Origin: Haliotis rufescens
Lineage: Eukaryota
DNA: 64,000 nucleotides
Assembly (NCBI RefSeq): GCF_023055435.1
Contig: NW_025963779.1
Coordinates: 52,576,001-52,640,000 of the forward strand
Direction of reading: 5' to 3'
A program made the translations under genes and the position numbers. Position 1 is the stretch's first letter. Every line of letters begins with the position of its first letter. Below are positions 1-12,983 of the stretch, in pieces. The notes beneath the pieces were generated by a model. It did not search any database and had not been told where the DNA came from. It saw only the letters and a list, made by a program, of their open reading frames with translations.

Positions 1-510
1 TTTGATTATGAGGATCTTGCATTTAGGTGGTGTTTAGGCTATGATAGATCATTTCATGTTAGCCCCTTAACGTGTTTAGATGCAACACACCAAATGTGCA
101 TACCGATTAGAATTGAAACACATTCCTAAACATGTCTGGTATGTGTTTACATTCTTAACACAGTTTTACCGTGTGGTTTAGGTAGTGCAGTATATTTGTT
201 AAAATTGGATAAGTGGTGTTTACTAGTCTTCAGCGTCTTCGTGCAATCTACCAGGCAGGAGAGTAAATTCGTTGTTAACTAACATTCCGGCTGTTGTGAC
301 GTATTAAATTCGTAGAATTCACTTGGCTTTTTATCTCAGTGTGGCTGATAGCGCCGTTGAACAACAGTCACTCTTTTTACCATCTTTTGGGACTAATCGA
401 TAATGGTGATACCTGACAAATTGTAATTCTCTGTTTTAAAAACATATAATGTCTTTTTAAAAAAGGGTCTTGATAGATAATTATTTAGTGTGTGTGAATA
501 TCTCACTGAC

Positions 511-1179
511 CTCATCATCACTGGCGGCATCTTCAACTTTCATCTCTTTTAAATCTTCAACAAAATGTGTCAGCATCCCAGCTTTAGAAACCTTTTCAGC
601 AAAACTAAGACTACCGTCCGTGTTGTTCCACACAATCATTCGGATCAAGGACAACTTCTGAGCATTAATAAGCTGTGTCTTGTCTTCAGCGCCCAACACC
701 ATAAGCGCCATACATTTCAACCCAAGCGACTTCAGCAGTGTGACAAATGCTGCGTTCAGCACTTCAGCAGCCTCAGTCAAAGCAAAGTAATCACCCAGCT
801 TACGTCGGTCTGTATCATTGTGGTGCTCGAAACCCAAAAATGTCCAATTGTAAAGTTTTGAATATTTTCCATTCTTCGTAAAAGCATCATCCTTAAGTTG
901 TTGTATAAAAGCCTCAATTTCATTAAACTGCAAATTTAAATGTGGAAAATTCTCCTGCAGTTTCTTCATTTCAGCCTCTGTGTCCACTCCAGGAGGTACA
1001 TTGTTTACCGTTGGCTCAAGAGCGACATCAGGTTTTCCTCTTTCAGTCGATGTGTTCCCGCCAGAAGATACAGTATTGACCGGTGGCTTCTGGGAGACAT
1101 CAGGTTTCCCTGCCCCAGTCTTTGCTGCATCCGCGGTTTGGCGAGGCGGAGGCCTCTGCATGCTGCTTGTGCTGCCCAT
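511..1179 (-). CDS. Paralog A: first coding exon of a third family member (gene continues beyond the window start)
   Basis: ATG at 1179 (MGSTSS), acceptor AG at 1188-1189, phase-0 donor GTCAGT after DDE at 510. Shares RRKLGDYFA..AA, WNNTDGSLSFAEKV..G.L.HFVEDLK with exon 1 of B (LNYTDSSLYFCEKL..G.F.YFVEDLK) and C (WNYTDASVQFSERV..G.L.YFVGDLK). Confidence 0.82.
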
Positions 1180-2699
1180 CTGACTATCTGAAACCACAAG
1201 GAATCTTTAAGGCGAATTTAACATCGTTATTTGGTTATATTTGGTGGTGAGATATCCTGATGGTTAAACATTCGTTCGTCGCACCGTAGGCAAAGGGCTC
1301 GATTACTCATATGGGAATTTTATGTGAAGCCGGTTTCTGGTGTTCCTGTCTTGATATTGCTGAAACACGGCTAAAGCGTCGTAAATTTGTCCTCCTTGAT
1401 CAATATGTTCATCACGGGATTCCTGTCTCGCGTGTCAAGGATATTGTACGAGCGCTTCAATCAATGCCTCCGGGTTTATTTCGCCAAATTTGTAACACTG
1501 ATCGTTTAATACGGCAATGTAATGCCCACTAGTACCGGTTTTCATACTTGCATAACAGTATTTAAGGTCCCCACATTTCAGCTCGGAATAATGATACAAG
1601 AACGCATGCAATGCATGCCACTAATCAATATTCAATACATATCGATTTCTTCTTGGAAACATTTCTCCTTGATTTGGCTGTTATTCTATGTTTATTACAC
1701 TGCCGACAATTACCCCGGATGTTTTATTCAATATGCTACAATCGACAAAATGTTTTTTTTCAAACGGATGTTGTACACCTCCTGTTGCTACAACATTGCA
1801 ACAAAACGATTCAGCGTGCTGTGAGCCCGACATTAAATGACAACCAAATCACAACCCCCAAAGTACAAGTTCACTGCTTACCTCATAGCCTGTGGCACAC
1901 GGCTACATATTCCATGTGATTTGAGAGAATATGTAGGTCAAAAATGGCTGCCCGCATGCTTTTCCCCCCAACACAATGCTGACAAAAGTACCGTTATGTG
2001 TCCTCCTCGCCATGACGACGAGTATACAATAAAGCTCTGACAGATCCGTTAGGGGTCAGGGACCACGTACTCGAGTAGAGGGCAGACTTAATATGCGGTT
2101 CACAATGTGTTTGTTTACATGTGTGTGTTCAGTGTGTATGGCAGTGTTATACATCAAGGACTATGCGAAATGTTCGTAGCGTACTCACAAGACTCAGATT
2201 GCATGTGAAGGGCCGATCACCGCTTTTGGGTGTCCGTCCTATGAAGGGTTAATTTCGTAAAGCCAGGCAAATGAATATGTTTTGTTTGTGTTTGTTACCA
2301 CGAAGGTGTGCATTTCATGCAATAGATTTTGGAACAATTGATCGATATTAATTTAATAATTTGAATACTAAATTAAACCCATTTGGTTCCCAACTTTAGG
2401 CGCGTTAAGTGGGTATGTGTTGGTTACAATGACTGTTTTAAATGGATGTGAATAGCAACTCTTTGGCTATAGATTTGCTATGTATCATTTACTCGACGTC
2501 CCAGCACTCATCCACACATAGCTCATCCACTGGCAACTCAACCACTTATCCACGCACAACTACCCAACATTTCCACGCCACACACTCTCACACTGGCCGA
2601 CTCATCCACTGACTACTAAAACCACTAACCCCTCATCAATCATTAACTCATCAACTGGCCCTTAAATCACTCATCCACGAATATATACGTCCGTTCATT

Positions 2700-5270
2700 C
2701 ATTCACCCACTCACCCATTCATTCGCTATCTCATCCACTGACCACTCACCTACTTATCTATCCACTCACAACTCACCCATATTTCCACTTTACTCACTCA
2801 CTTACATCGATTCAGCAACTCATCCACTGATCAATCACCTACTTATCTATCCACTCACAACTCACCCATATTTCCAACTCACTCACTCACTTACATCCAT
2901 TCAGCAACACATCCACTGATCACTCACCTACTTATCTATCCACTCACAACTCACCCATATTTCCACCTCACTCACTCACATCCATTCAGCAACTCATCCA
3001 CTGACAACACACCTACTTATCTATCCACCCACAACTCACCCATATTTCCACCTCACTCACTCACATACATACATCCAGCAACTCATCCACTGATCAATCA
3101 CCTACTTATCTATCCACTCACAACTCACCCATATTTCCAACTCACTCAATCACTCACAAACATCCATTCAGCAACTCATCCACTGACCACACACCTACTT
3201 ATCTATCCACCCACAACTCACCCATATTTCCAACTCACTCACTCACTCACTCACTTACATCCATTCAGCAACACATCCACTGATCACTCACCTACTTATC
3301 CATCCACTCACAACTCACCCATTTGTCCACCTCACTCACTCACTCACATCCATTCAGCAACTCATCAACTGACCACACACCTACTTATCTATCCACTCAC
3401 AACTCACCACTATTACATGCCTCATTCACTCACTTATTCACATCCATTTGGAAACTCATCCACTGATCAATCACCTACTTATCTATCCACTCACAACTCA
3501 CCCATATTTCCACCTCACTCACTCACTCACTCACTCACTCACTCACTCACATTCATTCAGCAACTCATCCATTGACCACTCACCTACTTGTCTATCTACT
3601 CACAACTCACCAATATTTCCACCTTACTCACCCACTCACATCCATTCAGCAACTGATCCACTGACCACTCACCTACTTATCTATCCACTCATAACTCACC
3701 CATTTTCCACCTCACTCACTTACTCACATCCATTCAGCAACTCATCCACTGACCACTCACCTACTTATCTATCCTGTCAGAACTCACCCATTGTCCACCT
3801 CACTCACTCACTCACTCACATCCATTCAGCAATTCATCCACAGATCACTCACCTACTTATCTATCCACCCACAACTCACCCATATTTCAAACTCACTCAC
3901 TCACTCACTCACTTACATCCATCCAGCAACTCATCCACTGATCAATCACCTACTTATCTATCCACTCACAACTCACCCATATTTCCAACTCACTCAATCA
4001 CTCACTAACATCCATTCAGCAACTCATCCACTGACCACACACCTACTTATCTATCCACTCACAACTCACCCATTTGTCCACCTCACTCACTCACTCACAT
4101 CCATTCAGAAACTCATCCACTGATCACTCACCTACTTATCTATCCACTCACAACTCACCCATATTTCCACCTCACTCACTCACTCACTCATTCACTCACT
4201 CACTCACATTCATTCAGCAACTCATCCACTGACCACTCACCTACTTGTCTATCTACTCACAACTCACCAATATTTCCACCTTGCTCACCCACTCACATCC
4301 ATTCAGCAACTGATCCACTGACCACTCATCTACTTATCTATCCACTCATAACTCACCCATTTTCCACCTCACTCACTCACTTACTCACATCCATTCAGCA
4401 ACTCATCCACTGACCACTCACCTACTTATCTATCCACTCACAACTCACACATTTTCCACCTCACTCAATCACTCACTAACATTCATTCAGCAATTCATCC
4501 ACTGATCACTCACCTACTTATCTATCCACCCACAACTCACCCATATTTCCAACTCACTCACTCACTCACTCACTTACATCCATCCAGCAACTCATCCACT
4601 GACCACTCACCTACTTATCTATCCACTCACAACTCACCCATATTTCCAACTCACTCATTCACTCACTCACTTACATCCATTCAGCAACACATCCACTGAT
4701 CACTCACCTACTTATCCATACACTCACAACTCACCCATATGTCCACCTCACTCACTCACTCACATCCATTCAGAAACTCATCCACTGATCACTCACCTAC
4801 TTATCGATCCACTCACAACTCACCCATATTTCCACCTCACTCACTCACTCACTCACTCACTCACATTCATTCAGCAACTCATCCACTGACCACTCACCTA
4901 CTTGTCTATCTACTCACAACTCACCCATATTTCCACCTTACTCACCCACTGATCACATCCATTCAGCAACTGATCCACTTACCACTCACCTACTTATCTA
5001 TCCACTCATAACTCACCCATTTTCCATCTCACTCACTCACTCACTCACATCCATCCAGCAACTCATCCACTGACCACTCACCTACTTATCTATCCACTCA
5101 CAACTCACCCATTTTTCCACCTCACTCACTCACTCACTCACATCCATTCAGCAATTCATCCACTGATCACTCACCTACTTATCTATCCACTCACAACTCA
5201 CCCATATTTCCACCTCACTCAATAACTCACTCACCTTCATCCATTCAGCAACTCATCCACTTGCCATTCA
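2700..5270. repeat. Tandem satellite, 70-90 bp unit with a variable (CACT)n block
   Basis: catccattcagcaactcatccactgaccactcacctacttatctatccactcacaactcacccatatttccac(ctca)n. Confidence 0.95.
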
Positions 5271-6089
5271 ACCAGCTACCGTACCCGAATTACAAACATT
5301 ATTACATTTTACATTTTAAAACGAATGTGTTCCTCTTCATTTATATTCCATTGTAAGAAAGTAAAACATTACACACTGTATTATTGTATCATGTTTTATT
5401 TGTTTCACGATATCAATCCTACATACCCCAAGTCTTTTTAAGTCCTCTTGCCTTAAACCCTGTAATAAAGTTTCTTTTAAACGGGTTTGTATACATATAC
5501 CTTACGGTTGTAGTCAAGATGGTTGATTTGGTCCTGGGCGAAATTACATCAGTTTAAAGAGTAAAATATCTTATGTATTTTCAAACACAATTCATTCACA
5601 CCTACGTTGAGGCTTTGATTACTCTGATCGGTAGCCATTACGTGTAGTGGGCCGACCATTACATAAGCATCAAGACGTGCACATATTTCTCTGAAAGGAG
5701 TCCGAACATAAACTGATGGGCAAGTAAAAGTATGCCGATTTTGTTCCTTAAGTAATTGAATATTGAAGGAACTGTTATGAAAAGTTATCTGTGGTTGAGT
5801 ATTTTGTTTTGTAAACTTAAATTAGCTCTATAAAGATGAATCTTGTAAATTTGTGCCGAAAAAATCTTATTTACTGATTTTCAAAGATAAGGTGTATAGG
5901 ATACCCATCAGCAGGTGTGTTTTATGCGAACATTTGTTTTTAGTGTTTTAAAAGTTTTAAAAACAATTATATTATTTTTTGAAATAACAATGTAGAAGTA
6001 TTCTTTAATTGCTGACTAAGCGCCAGTACAGTTCATGTTTTAATATGAAATCGCTCATTTATTTTTTCAATTGCAAATCAAACATATGA

Positions 6090-8290
6090 CAAATGTAGAA
6101 GAGTTGACATTGTATGCTAAATGTAGTAGAGTTGACACTGTATGCTAAATGTAGTTGAGTTGACATTTAATGCTAAATGTAGTAGAGTTGACACTGTATG
6201 CTAAATGTAGTAGAGTTGGCATTGTACGCTAAATGTAGCAGAGTTGACATTGTATGCTAAATGTAGTAGAGTTGGCCTTAGCTACGTTGAATGTGGTAGA
6301 GATGACCTTAGCTATGTTGAATGTGGTAGAGATGTCCCAGGCTATGTTGAAAGTGGTAGAGAAGACCCCAGCTATGTTGAATGTAGTATAGTTGACCCCA
6401 GCCATGTTGAATGTAGTAGAGTTGACCCAAGCTATGTTGAATGTAGTAGAGTTGACCCCAGCTATGTTGAATGTGGTAGAGATGACCCCAGCTATGTTGA
6501 ATGTAGTAGAGTTGACCCCAGCTATATTGAATGTGGTAGAGATTGCCCCAGCTGTGTTGAATGTGGTAGAGATGACCCCAGCTATGTTGAATGTGATAGA
6601 GATGACCCCAGCTATGTTGAATGTAGTAGAGTTGACCCCAGCTATGTTGAATGTAGTAGAGTTGACCCGAGCTATGGTGAATGTTGTAGAGATGACCCCA
6701 GCTATGTTGAATGTAGTAGAGTTGACCCCAGCTATGTTGAATGTAGTAGAGTTGACCCAAGCTATGTTGAATGTAGTAGAGTTGACCCCAGCTATGTTGA
6801 ATGTGGTAGAGATGACCCCAGCTATGTTGAATGTAGTAGAGTTGACCCCAGCTATGGTGAATGTGGTAGAGATGACCCAAGCTATGTTGAATGTAGTAGA
6901 GTTGACCCCAGCTATGTTGAATGTAGTAGAGTTGACCCAAGCTATGTTGAATGTAGTAGAGTTGACCCAAGCTATGTTGAATGTGGTAGAGATGACCCCA
7001 GCTATGTTGAATGTAGTAGAGTTGACCCACGCTATGTTGAATGTAGTAGATTTGACCCCAGCTATGTTGAATGTAGTAAAGTTGACCCCAGCTATATTGA
7101 ATGTGGTAGAGATTGCCCCAGCTGTGTTGAATGTGATAGGGGTGACCCCAGCTATTTTGAATGTGGTAGAGTTGACCCCAGCTATGTTGAATGTGGTAGA
7201 GATTGCCCCAGCTGTGTTGAATGTGATAGGGGTGACCCCAGCTATGTTGAATGTGGTAGAGTTGACCCAAGCTATGTTGAATGTGGTAGAGATTGCCCCA
7301 GCTGTGTTGAATGTGATAGGGGTGACCCCAGCTATGTTGAATGTAGTAGAGTTGACCCAAGCTATGTTGAATGTAGTAGAGTTGACCCCAGCTATGTTGA
7401 ATGTGGTAGAGATGACCCCAGCTATGTTGAATGTAGTAGAGTTGACCCCAGCTATGGTGAATGTGGTAGAGATGACCCAAGCTATGTTGAATGTAGTAGA
7501 GTTGACCCCAGCTATGTTGAATGTAGTAGAGTTGACCCAAGCTATGTTGAATGTAGTAGAGTTGACCCAAGCTATGTTGAATGTGGTAGAGATGACCCCA
7601 GCTATGTTGAATGTAGTAGAGTTGACCCACGCTATGTTGAATGTAGTAGATTTGACCCCAGCTATGTTGAATGTAGTAAAGTTGACCCCAGCTATATTGA
7701 ATGTGGTAGAGATTGCCCCAGCTGTGTTGAATGTGATAGGGGTGACCCCAGCTATGTTGAATGTGGTAGAGTTGACCCCAGCTATGTTGAATGTGGTAGA
7801 GATTGCCCCAGCTGTGTTGAATGTGATAGGGGTGACCCCAGCTATGTTGAATGTGGTAGAGTTGACCCAAGCTATGTTGAATGTGGTAGAGATTGCCCCA
7901 GCTGTGTTGAATGTGATAGGGGTGACCCCAGCTATGTTGAATGTGGTAGAGTTGACCCCAGCTATGTTGAATGTAGTAGAGTTGACCCCAGTTATATTGA
8001 ATGTGGTAGAGATTGCCCCAGCTGTGTTGAAAGTGATAGGGGTGACCCCAGCTATGTTGAATGTGGTAGAGTTGACCCCAGCTATATTGAATGTGATAGG
8101 GATGACCACAGCTATGTTGAATGTGGTAGAGATGACCCCAGCTATATTGAATGTGATAGGGATGACCACAGCTATGTTGAATGTGGTAGGGATGACCACA
8201 GCTATGTTGAATGTGGTAGGGATGACCACAGCTATGTTGAATGTAGTAGAGATGACCCCAGCTATGTTGAATGTAGTAGACTTTACTTAT
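6090..8290. repeat. 30-bp minisatellite preceded by 28-bp variant units
   Basis: gttgaccccagctatgttgaatgtagtaga, roughly 67 copies. Confidence 0.97.
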
Positions 8291-9283
8291 AGCTATGATG
8301 AATGTGGAAGTTTGACATTCAACTGCTAAATAGGATTATGTTGACGTTTTAGATAACCGTTAACTGATAGCATTGAGATAATGTTAAATATGTATGTGGA
8401 ATGTTCCGATCGTTAACGCTGTTGAATACGACAGTGATTGCATCTGAATTTAGCCATGCCTATTGTTACTGAGTCTATAGCGATGCGGAATGTGTTGTTG
8501 TGAACAGTGGATTGTGCCAGGACGAGTATCTGATGATGTTCATTGTGAATCCATGGAAAAGAAGCCATTCTGATTATGTCGCCAGAATCTCTGGTTATCT
8601 CGAATGTGATTCCATGGCTTTACTCTACAATTTATGTGTGCTAAAGTCATATCTGTGCTGTATTAATTAAAGGTCTTGTATCAATTACTCAGCAATACGT
8701 TTGTTTATCTGTCGTGTTATGCACGTAGAAAGGTTTATCATATAATGGGTAGGTTCCTCGGCAGGATAAAGAATTAACCATCGGGAATCTGGATAAACTA
8801 CAGAGATAATTGCTATCATTATCAAAAGAACAGTCTAATATACTGAAAATCAGTGTCTAACTGTGACGTAGCTAAGGCATTTTATAAGTTTTGGCAACTT
8901 TGGAGAAACAATTTTGCGAGGGCACGAGGCCTAGCCAAGCGGGATCAGTAGCCATATCTGTGCTTGTAGACCTCTGCGGCTTGAAACCTTCTCCACAAAT
9001 TAAAATAGTTGGATTTGGCCGAAATATGTTTGAATTGTTACCTTGTTTCGTTTTGTCGCTGTGTGTACATCTGACTTCACAGCTTAACGTTATGACTGTC
9101 AACAACGTCTGACTGTGGCCGTGACGTCTCGTAGACTAGGTTTAGAGTAGCTTCCCTTTGACAAAGGGCAGTTTATCTAGCGGACAGACCGATGGATTGC
9201 CGCGAAAGGCAATTAAAAACAATTGTTGTTTTGCGTATATGTTGCTTCGCCACTGTATAAGAAACAGATTTCAGTTGGAACTA

Positions 9284-10800
9284 TACTAGCCACATAAAGA
9301 AACTGTGCACGGAGAAAATATAGATATCAGGGCACACCGTCCATATATGATAGGTTTGAACACAGCAATTATTTGAGACATTCAAACGCTCATGCACGTG
9401 CCATGCGATATGATCTCATTGATGGGGGCCTATGGACGTGCAATGTGTTACTGCACGTGCATCCTGTGCAGCTGTACACAGCATGTGCAACTCAAAATTC
9501 GCTGTCACTTTGGAAAGCATGATCTGTGGTCATTCAAAAATTCAAAACTTCTCAGGCGCAGACACAAGCATATCACAAGCAAATCATGCCAAGATTGACA
9601 GCTGCACAGCGTCATGAAGCCATTGGAATGATCCGAGCTGGAATGAGGCAACAACAGGTGGCAACACATTTCCAATGCCATCGTAACACGATATCGGCAT
9701 TGGTGAGGCGTTATCAGAACACAAATGACGTTGCCGACCACCCACGTTCAGGACGTCCCCGAGTAACGACGCCAAGACAGGACAGATGGATTCGAGTTAC
9801 ACATCTCCGACACAGGTTCCAAACGGCAGTAACGACGTCCCAGACAATCCCTGGACTGCGCCGTATCCATCCCAACACTGTCAGGAATCGTTTACGTCAG
9901 TACGGGATTCGACCACGACGCCCTGCCATACGTCCCATCCTGACACACCGTCATCGAGTCAACCGTCTAAGATGGTGTCGAATTCATGATCGCCAACCTC
10001 GAATATGGTGAAGAAATGTTGTCTTTACAGATGAATCGAGGTTCAACATTTCCCACAGTGACGGGCGCCAACGTGTCTACCGGCGTTTGGGAGAACGTTA
10101 TGCACGCAACTGTATTGTGGAGAGGAATCGTTTTGGAGGTGGCTCTGGGATGATTTGGGATGGGATAACAGCACGGCACCGAACCCCTTTGGTGGTTGTT
10201 CAGGGCAATCTCACCGGTGTTGGCTACAGAGATCAGATTCTGAGGCCTGTGGTAATTCCTTTCCTGCAACGTCATGGCCCGGGATTGACATTTCAACAGG
10301 ACAACGCTCGTCCTCACACGGCTAGGGTCGCAATGGATTTCCTTCACCATAACAATGTCATGTTACTGCCATGGCCTGCAATTTCTCCAGATCTCTCCCC
10401 AATAGAGCATGTGTGGGATGAAAAGGAGCGCCGTCTGCGTCGTCTTCCACATCCTCCAGATAACGTCCGTGACCTGGCACAGGATTTGAGGAGGATATGG
10501 CAGGCCATTCCCGAGGCCTTCCATGCCCATTTGGTGGACTCCATGCGTCGCTGATGCACTGCTGTGATTCACGCACAGGGTGGTCATACCCGTTATTGAC
10601 TTTGTGACTTTGTCGTTTGACCCTCTACTCCATTTTGATCTTCTGACGTCATCTCAACAGATGTTGTTCAGGTCCCGTTGACATTTTCTTATGGTCCGAT
10701 CATTCAGCTGCTACAGCGTCTGCATCATTTTGTTCTTGCTGTGTTGTATTTCAATCCAGAATATATTTTCTCCATGCACAGTTTCTTTATGTGGCTAGTA
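9284..10800 (+). mobile_element. Full-length Tc1 (DD34E) DNA transposon
   Basis: 39-bp terminal inverted repeats (tactagccacataaagaaactgtgca[c/t]ggagaaaatata, 1 mismatch), TA on both flanks, internal transposase. Confidence 0.93.
9586..10599 (+). pseudogene. Tc1 transposase with two in-frame TGA stops (10009, 10552)
   Basis: MPRLTAAQRHEAIG..GRPRVTT..FTDESRF..QQDNARPH..SPDLSPIEHVW..GGHTRY*; 34 residues between the second D and the E; single frame throughout. Confidence 0.9.
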
Positions 10801-10962
10801 TATATTGGCTACTGTCACTGTCCGACTGACACATCACTTACCCTGTGACGTAATAAATATTAATGGGCGCATTCCAGGAAAACTCGCAATGTTTCGGTAA
10901 TGTTTATGAGAGAGGGAAAGCGATTTTGAAGCACAGAATTAAAGAATGACATTAAATGATAA

Positions 10963-11118
10963 AGAGGTTATCACGCTTGTGTGTTTGGGGATGGTAAATA
11001 TCCTGTATTAGGAATAAACACTATGTATTTAATTAGCTCGCCAAGGCTCGCTAAATACAATGTTTATTCCTAATGCAGGATATTTACCATCCCCAAACAC
11101 ACTCGCGTGATAACCTCT
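10963..11118. mobile_element. Palindromic MITE-like element
   Basis: Roughly 58-bp imperfect inverted arms (agaggttatcacgc..gtttggggatggtaaatatcctgtattaggaataaaca); a half copy lies at 31490-31556. Confidence 0.7.
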
Positions 11119-12237
11119 ATGTCTTCGCAGAGTGTGATACACGACAGTGTGTTCCAGACTGTTAAATCCTGACAGATCAAATGGAAAGAGAAGTATTTAT
11201 GTTGACAATGATCAATAGTGGGCTTTCATAGAAAACCAAACGAAATCCATAATTTATCAAATACAACGCCAACACAAACTACATGTATACAAATGCACGT
11301 CATTCCCGTCAAACAGCGACGTGCATTGACGTGTAACGACAACTGGATCTCGTTATCAAGCTGAGCATCACATCAACACATATAAATGATGTACAAATAG
11401 CGGAATTAACATCCTATCAAACATGATAATAGCTCTGTTACAAATGTAAACCTAACACTTGTATGTGCTCTATTCAAATAACATAAGAAGCTGTAAGTTC
11501 ACGCTAGCCGGGCAATACGTGTGACCCAGGTAACGTGGCGTAACGTGTGTAGCCTCATTAGCTGGCAGTGAGGATTAACTATAATTATGTGTTATCAATA
11601 TGATCACATCGGGCTTTCCTCACCCATTAAGCTGACAAGCCGAATACTGTTCAAAGCGGCGTGAAACCCAACTTACTCGCTCACCCACTCTCTATGCATA
11701 TCAGAACATGAACCGGTTACAGGTCTAAGCAGCTATACATAAACCTCGATATAATATTAACCAGCGCTTACTATACATAAAGATACAGCAGTTTTCTTAG
11801 ATCGCGCCCGGTATTTACTTTCCGACGAAATGCATTTTGTTTTTTGTTTACAAAGATAAATACTAAAACCAAATCATTTATGTAATGTTTACCTCTTCCA
11901 TGGCAATCGTTTTTTGAATACCTCTACTCTGTTTCTTGCGGGGCACGGTTGACCCAATCGTCTAAGGAACCGCAATACGCGTCCCTCGGGCACACCAGAA
12001 ACCTATGATTGTTGGTCCGAATCCCGGCTCGCCCTGATTATGTTTCTGGGTTTGTCAGTACCATAGCCGTGCATGCCCAAAGTGGAAAACGCCTGAGACC
12101 TGCATCACTTCGAGCTATCCTCCCACATTAAGCCGATATGCCGCGATGTAACTGGAACACTGTTTAAGGCGGCGTAGAACCCACTCACTCAGGCCTCTGC
12201 TTCCTCGTACCAATGATAGGATTCACGAGGGCCTGTA

Positions 12238-12592
12238 GGTGAGGTGAGGTGAAATGGGGTTTAACGTCGCGTCCAAGATTATTGCACTTATATAGCGACG
12301 TGCATGTACGTGTGTGTGTGTGTGTGGCTGCTTGTACTAGTCCGGACTGATGCCGATTTATAGTGCTAGCTCACTGAGTTACCATGCCGCGGTTTACCAT
12401 GAATACCCCACTCAGACACAGCATACTGACTCCGAGCCGACCAGTCCTTGTTTTAGCCCCTTAATGTCGAGCGCCAGACAGGGTAACAACAAGTACCATC
12501 TTTTAACGTCTTTTGGTAAGACGCGGCCGGGGATCGAACCCCTGACCTTCCGCTCTCCGGGCGGACGCTCAACCACTAGACCACGGAGGCGG
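12238..12592 (-). mobile_element. tRNA-derived SINE family D
   Basis: Minus-strand head ccgcctccgtggtctagtggttgagcg..ggttcgatcccc; TSD agggcctgta at 12228-12237 and 12640-12649. Other copies at 13378-13628(-), 29347-29487(-), about 54175-54520(+), about 62998-63080(+). Confidence 0.85.
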
Positions 12593-12884
12593 TAGGTGAG
12601 GTGAGGTGAAATGGGGTTTAACGTCGCGTCCAAGATTATAGGGCCTGTAAGAACATACAGCGGTCTTACTTTTTCATCAGGTGTCGATGGTATCTTATAC
12701 ATTCACCAAACCGAGGCCATTGGCATTACATATTTCCAAACAATGTTCCGAATAAAAGCAAACGTAGGAGGTGTGCTTAACCTTTTTCCAGGTACATGAT
12801 TAATAATGACATCTGTTTGAGTCTTACGATAGACGTGCACCACATCGGTAACAAGTGGTGAACATCTGCAAGACATCGGCGTAA

Positions 12885-12983
12885 TCAGTTAAGACGTTCG
12901 ACTGCTTCGCTGAACCGCCTGATGTCTCTGAGGTCGTTCAAGTGAAGATCACCCTTGACATAGGTGTAGAAGAACTCCGGTGC
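12885..12983 (-). CDS. Paralog B exon 10 (terminal)
   Basis: ccacag|APEFFYTYVKGDLHLNDLRDIRRFSEAVERLN*. Confidence 0.85.
   Translation of the reverse strand, partial: APEFFYTYVKGDLHLNDLRDIRRFSEAVERLN

Noticed and set aside
3448-5011. His/Thr-rich ORFs
   Set aside because: Translations of the (CACT)n satellite.
6229-8329. Four ORFs of 520-682 aa
   Set aside because: They are translations of a 30-bp minisatellite, open in several frames on both strands because the unit is a multiple of 3; no other sign of coding.
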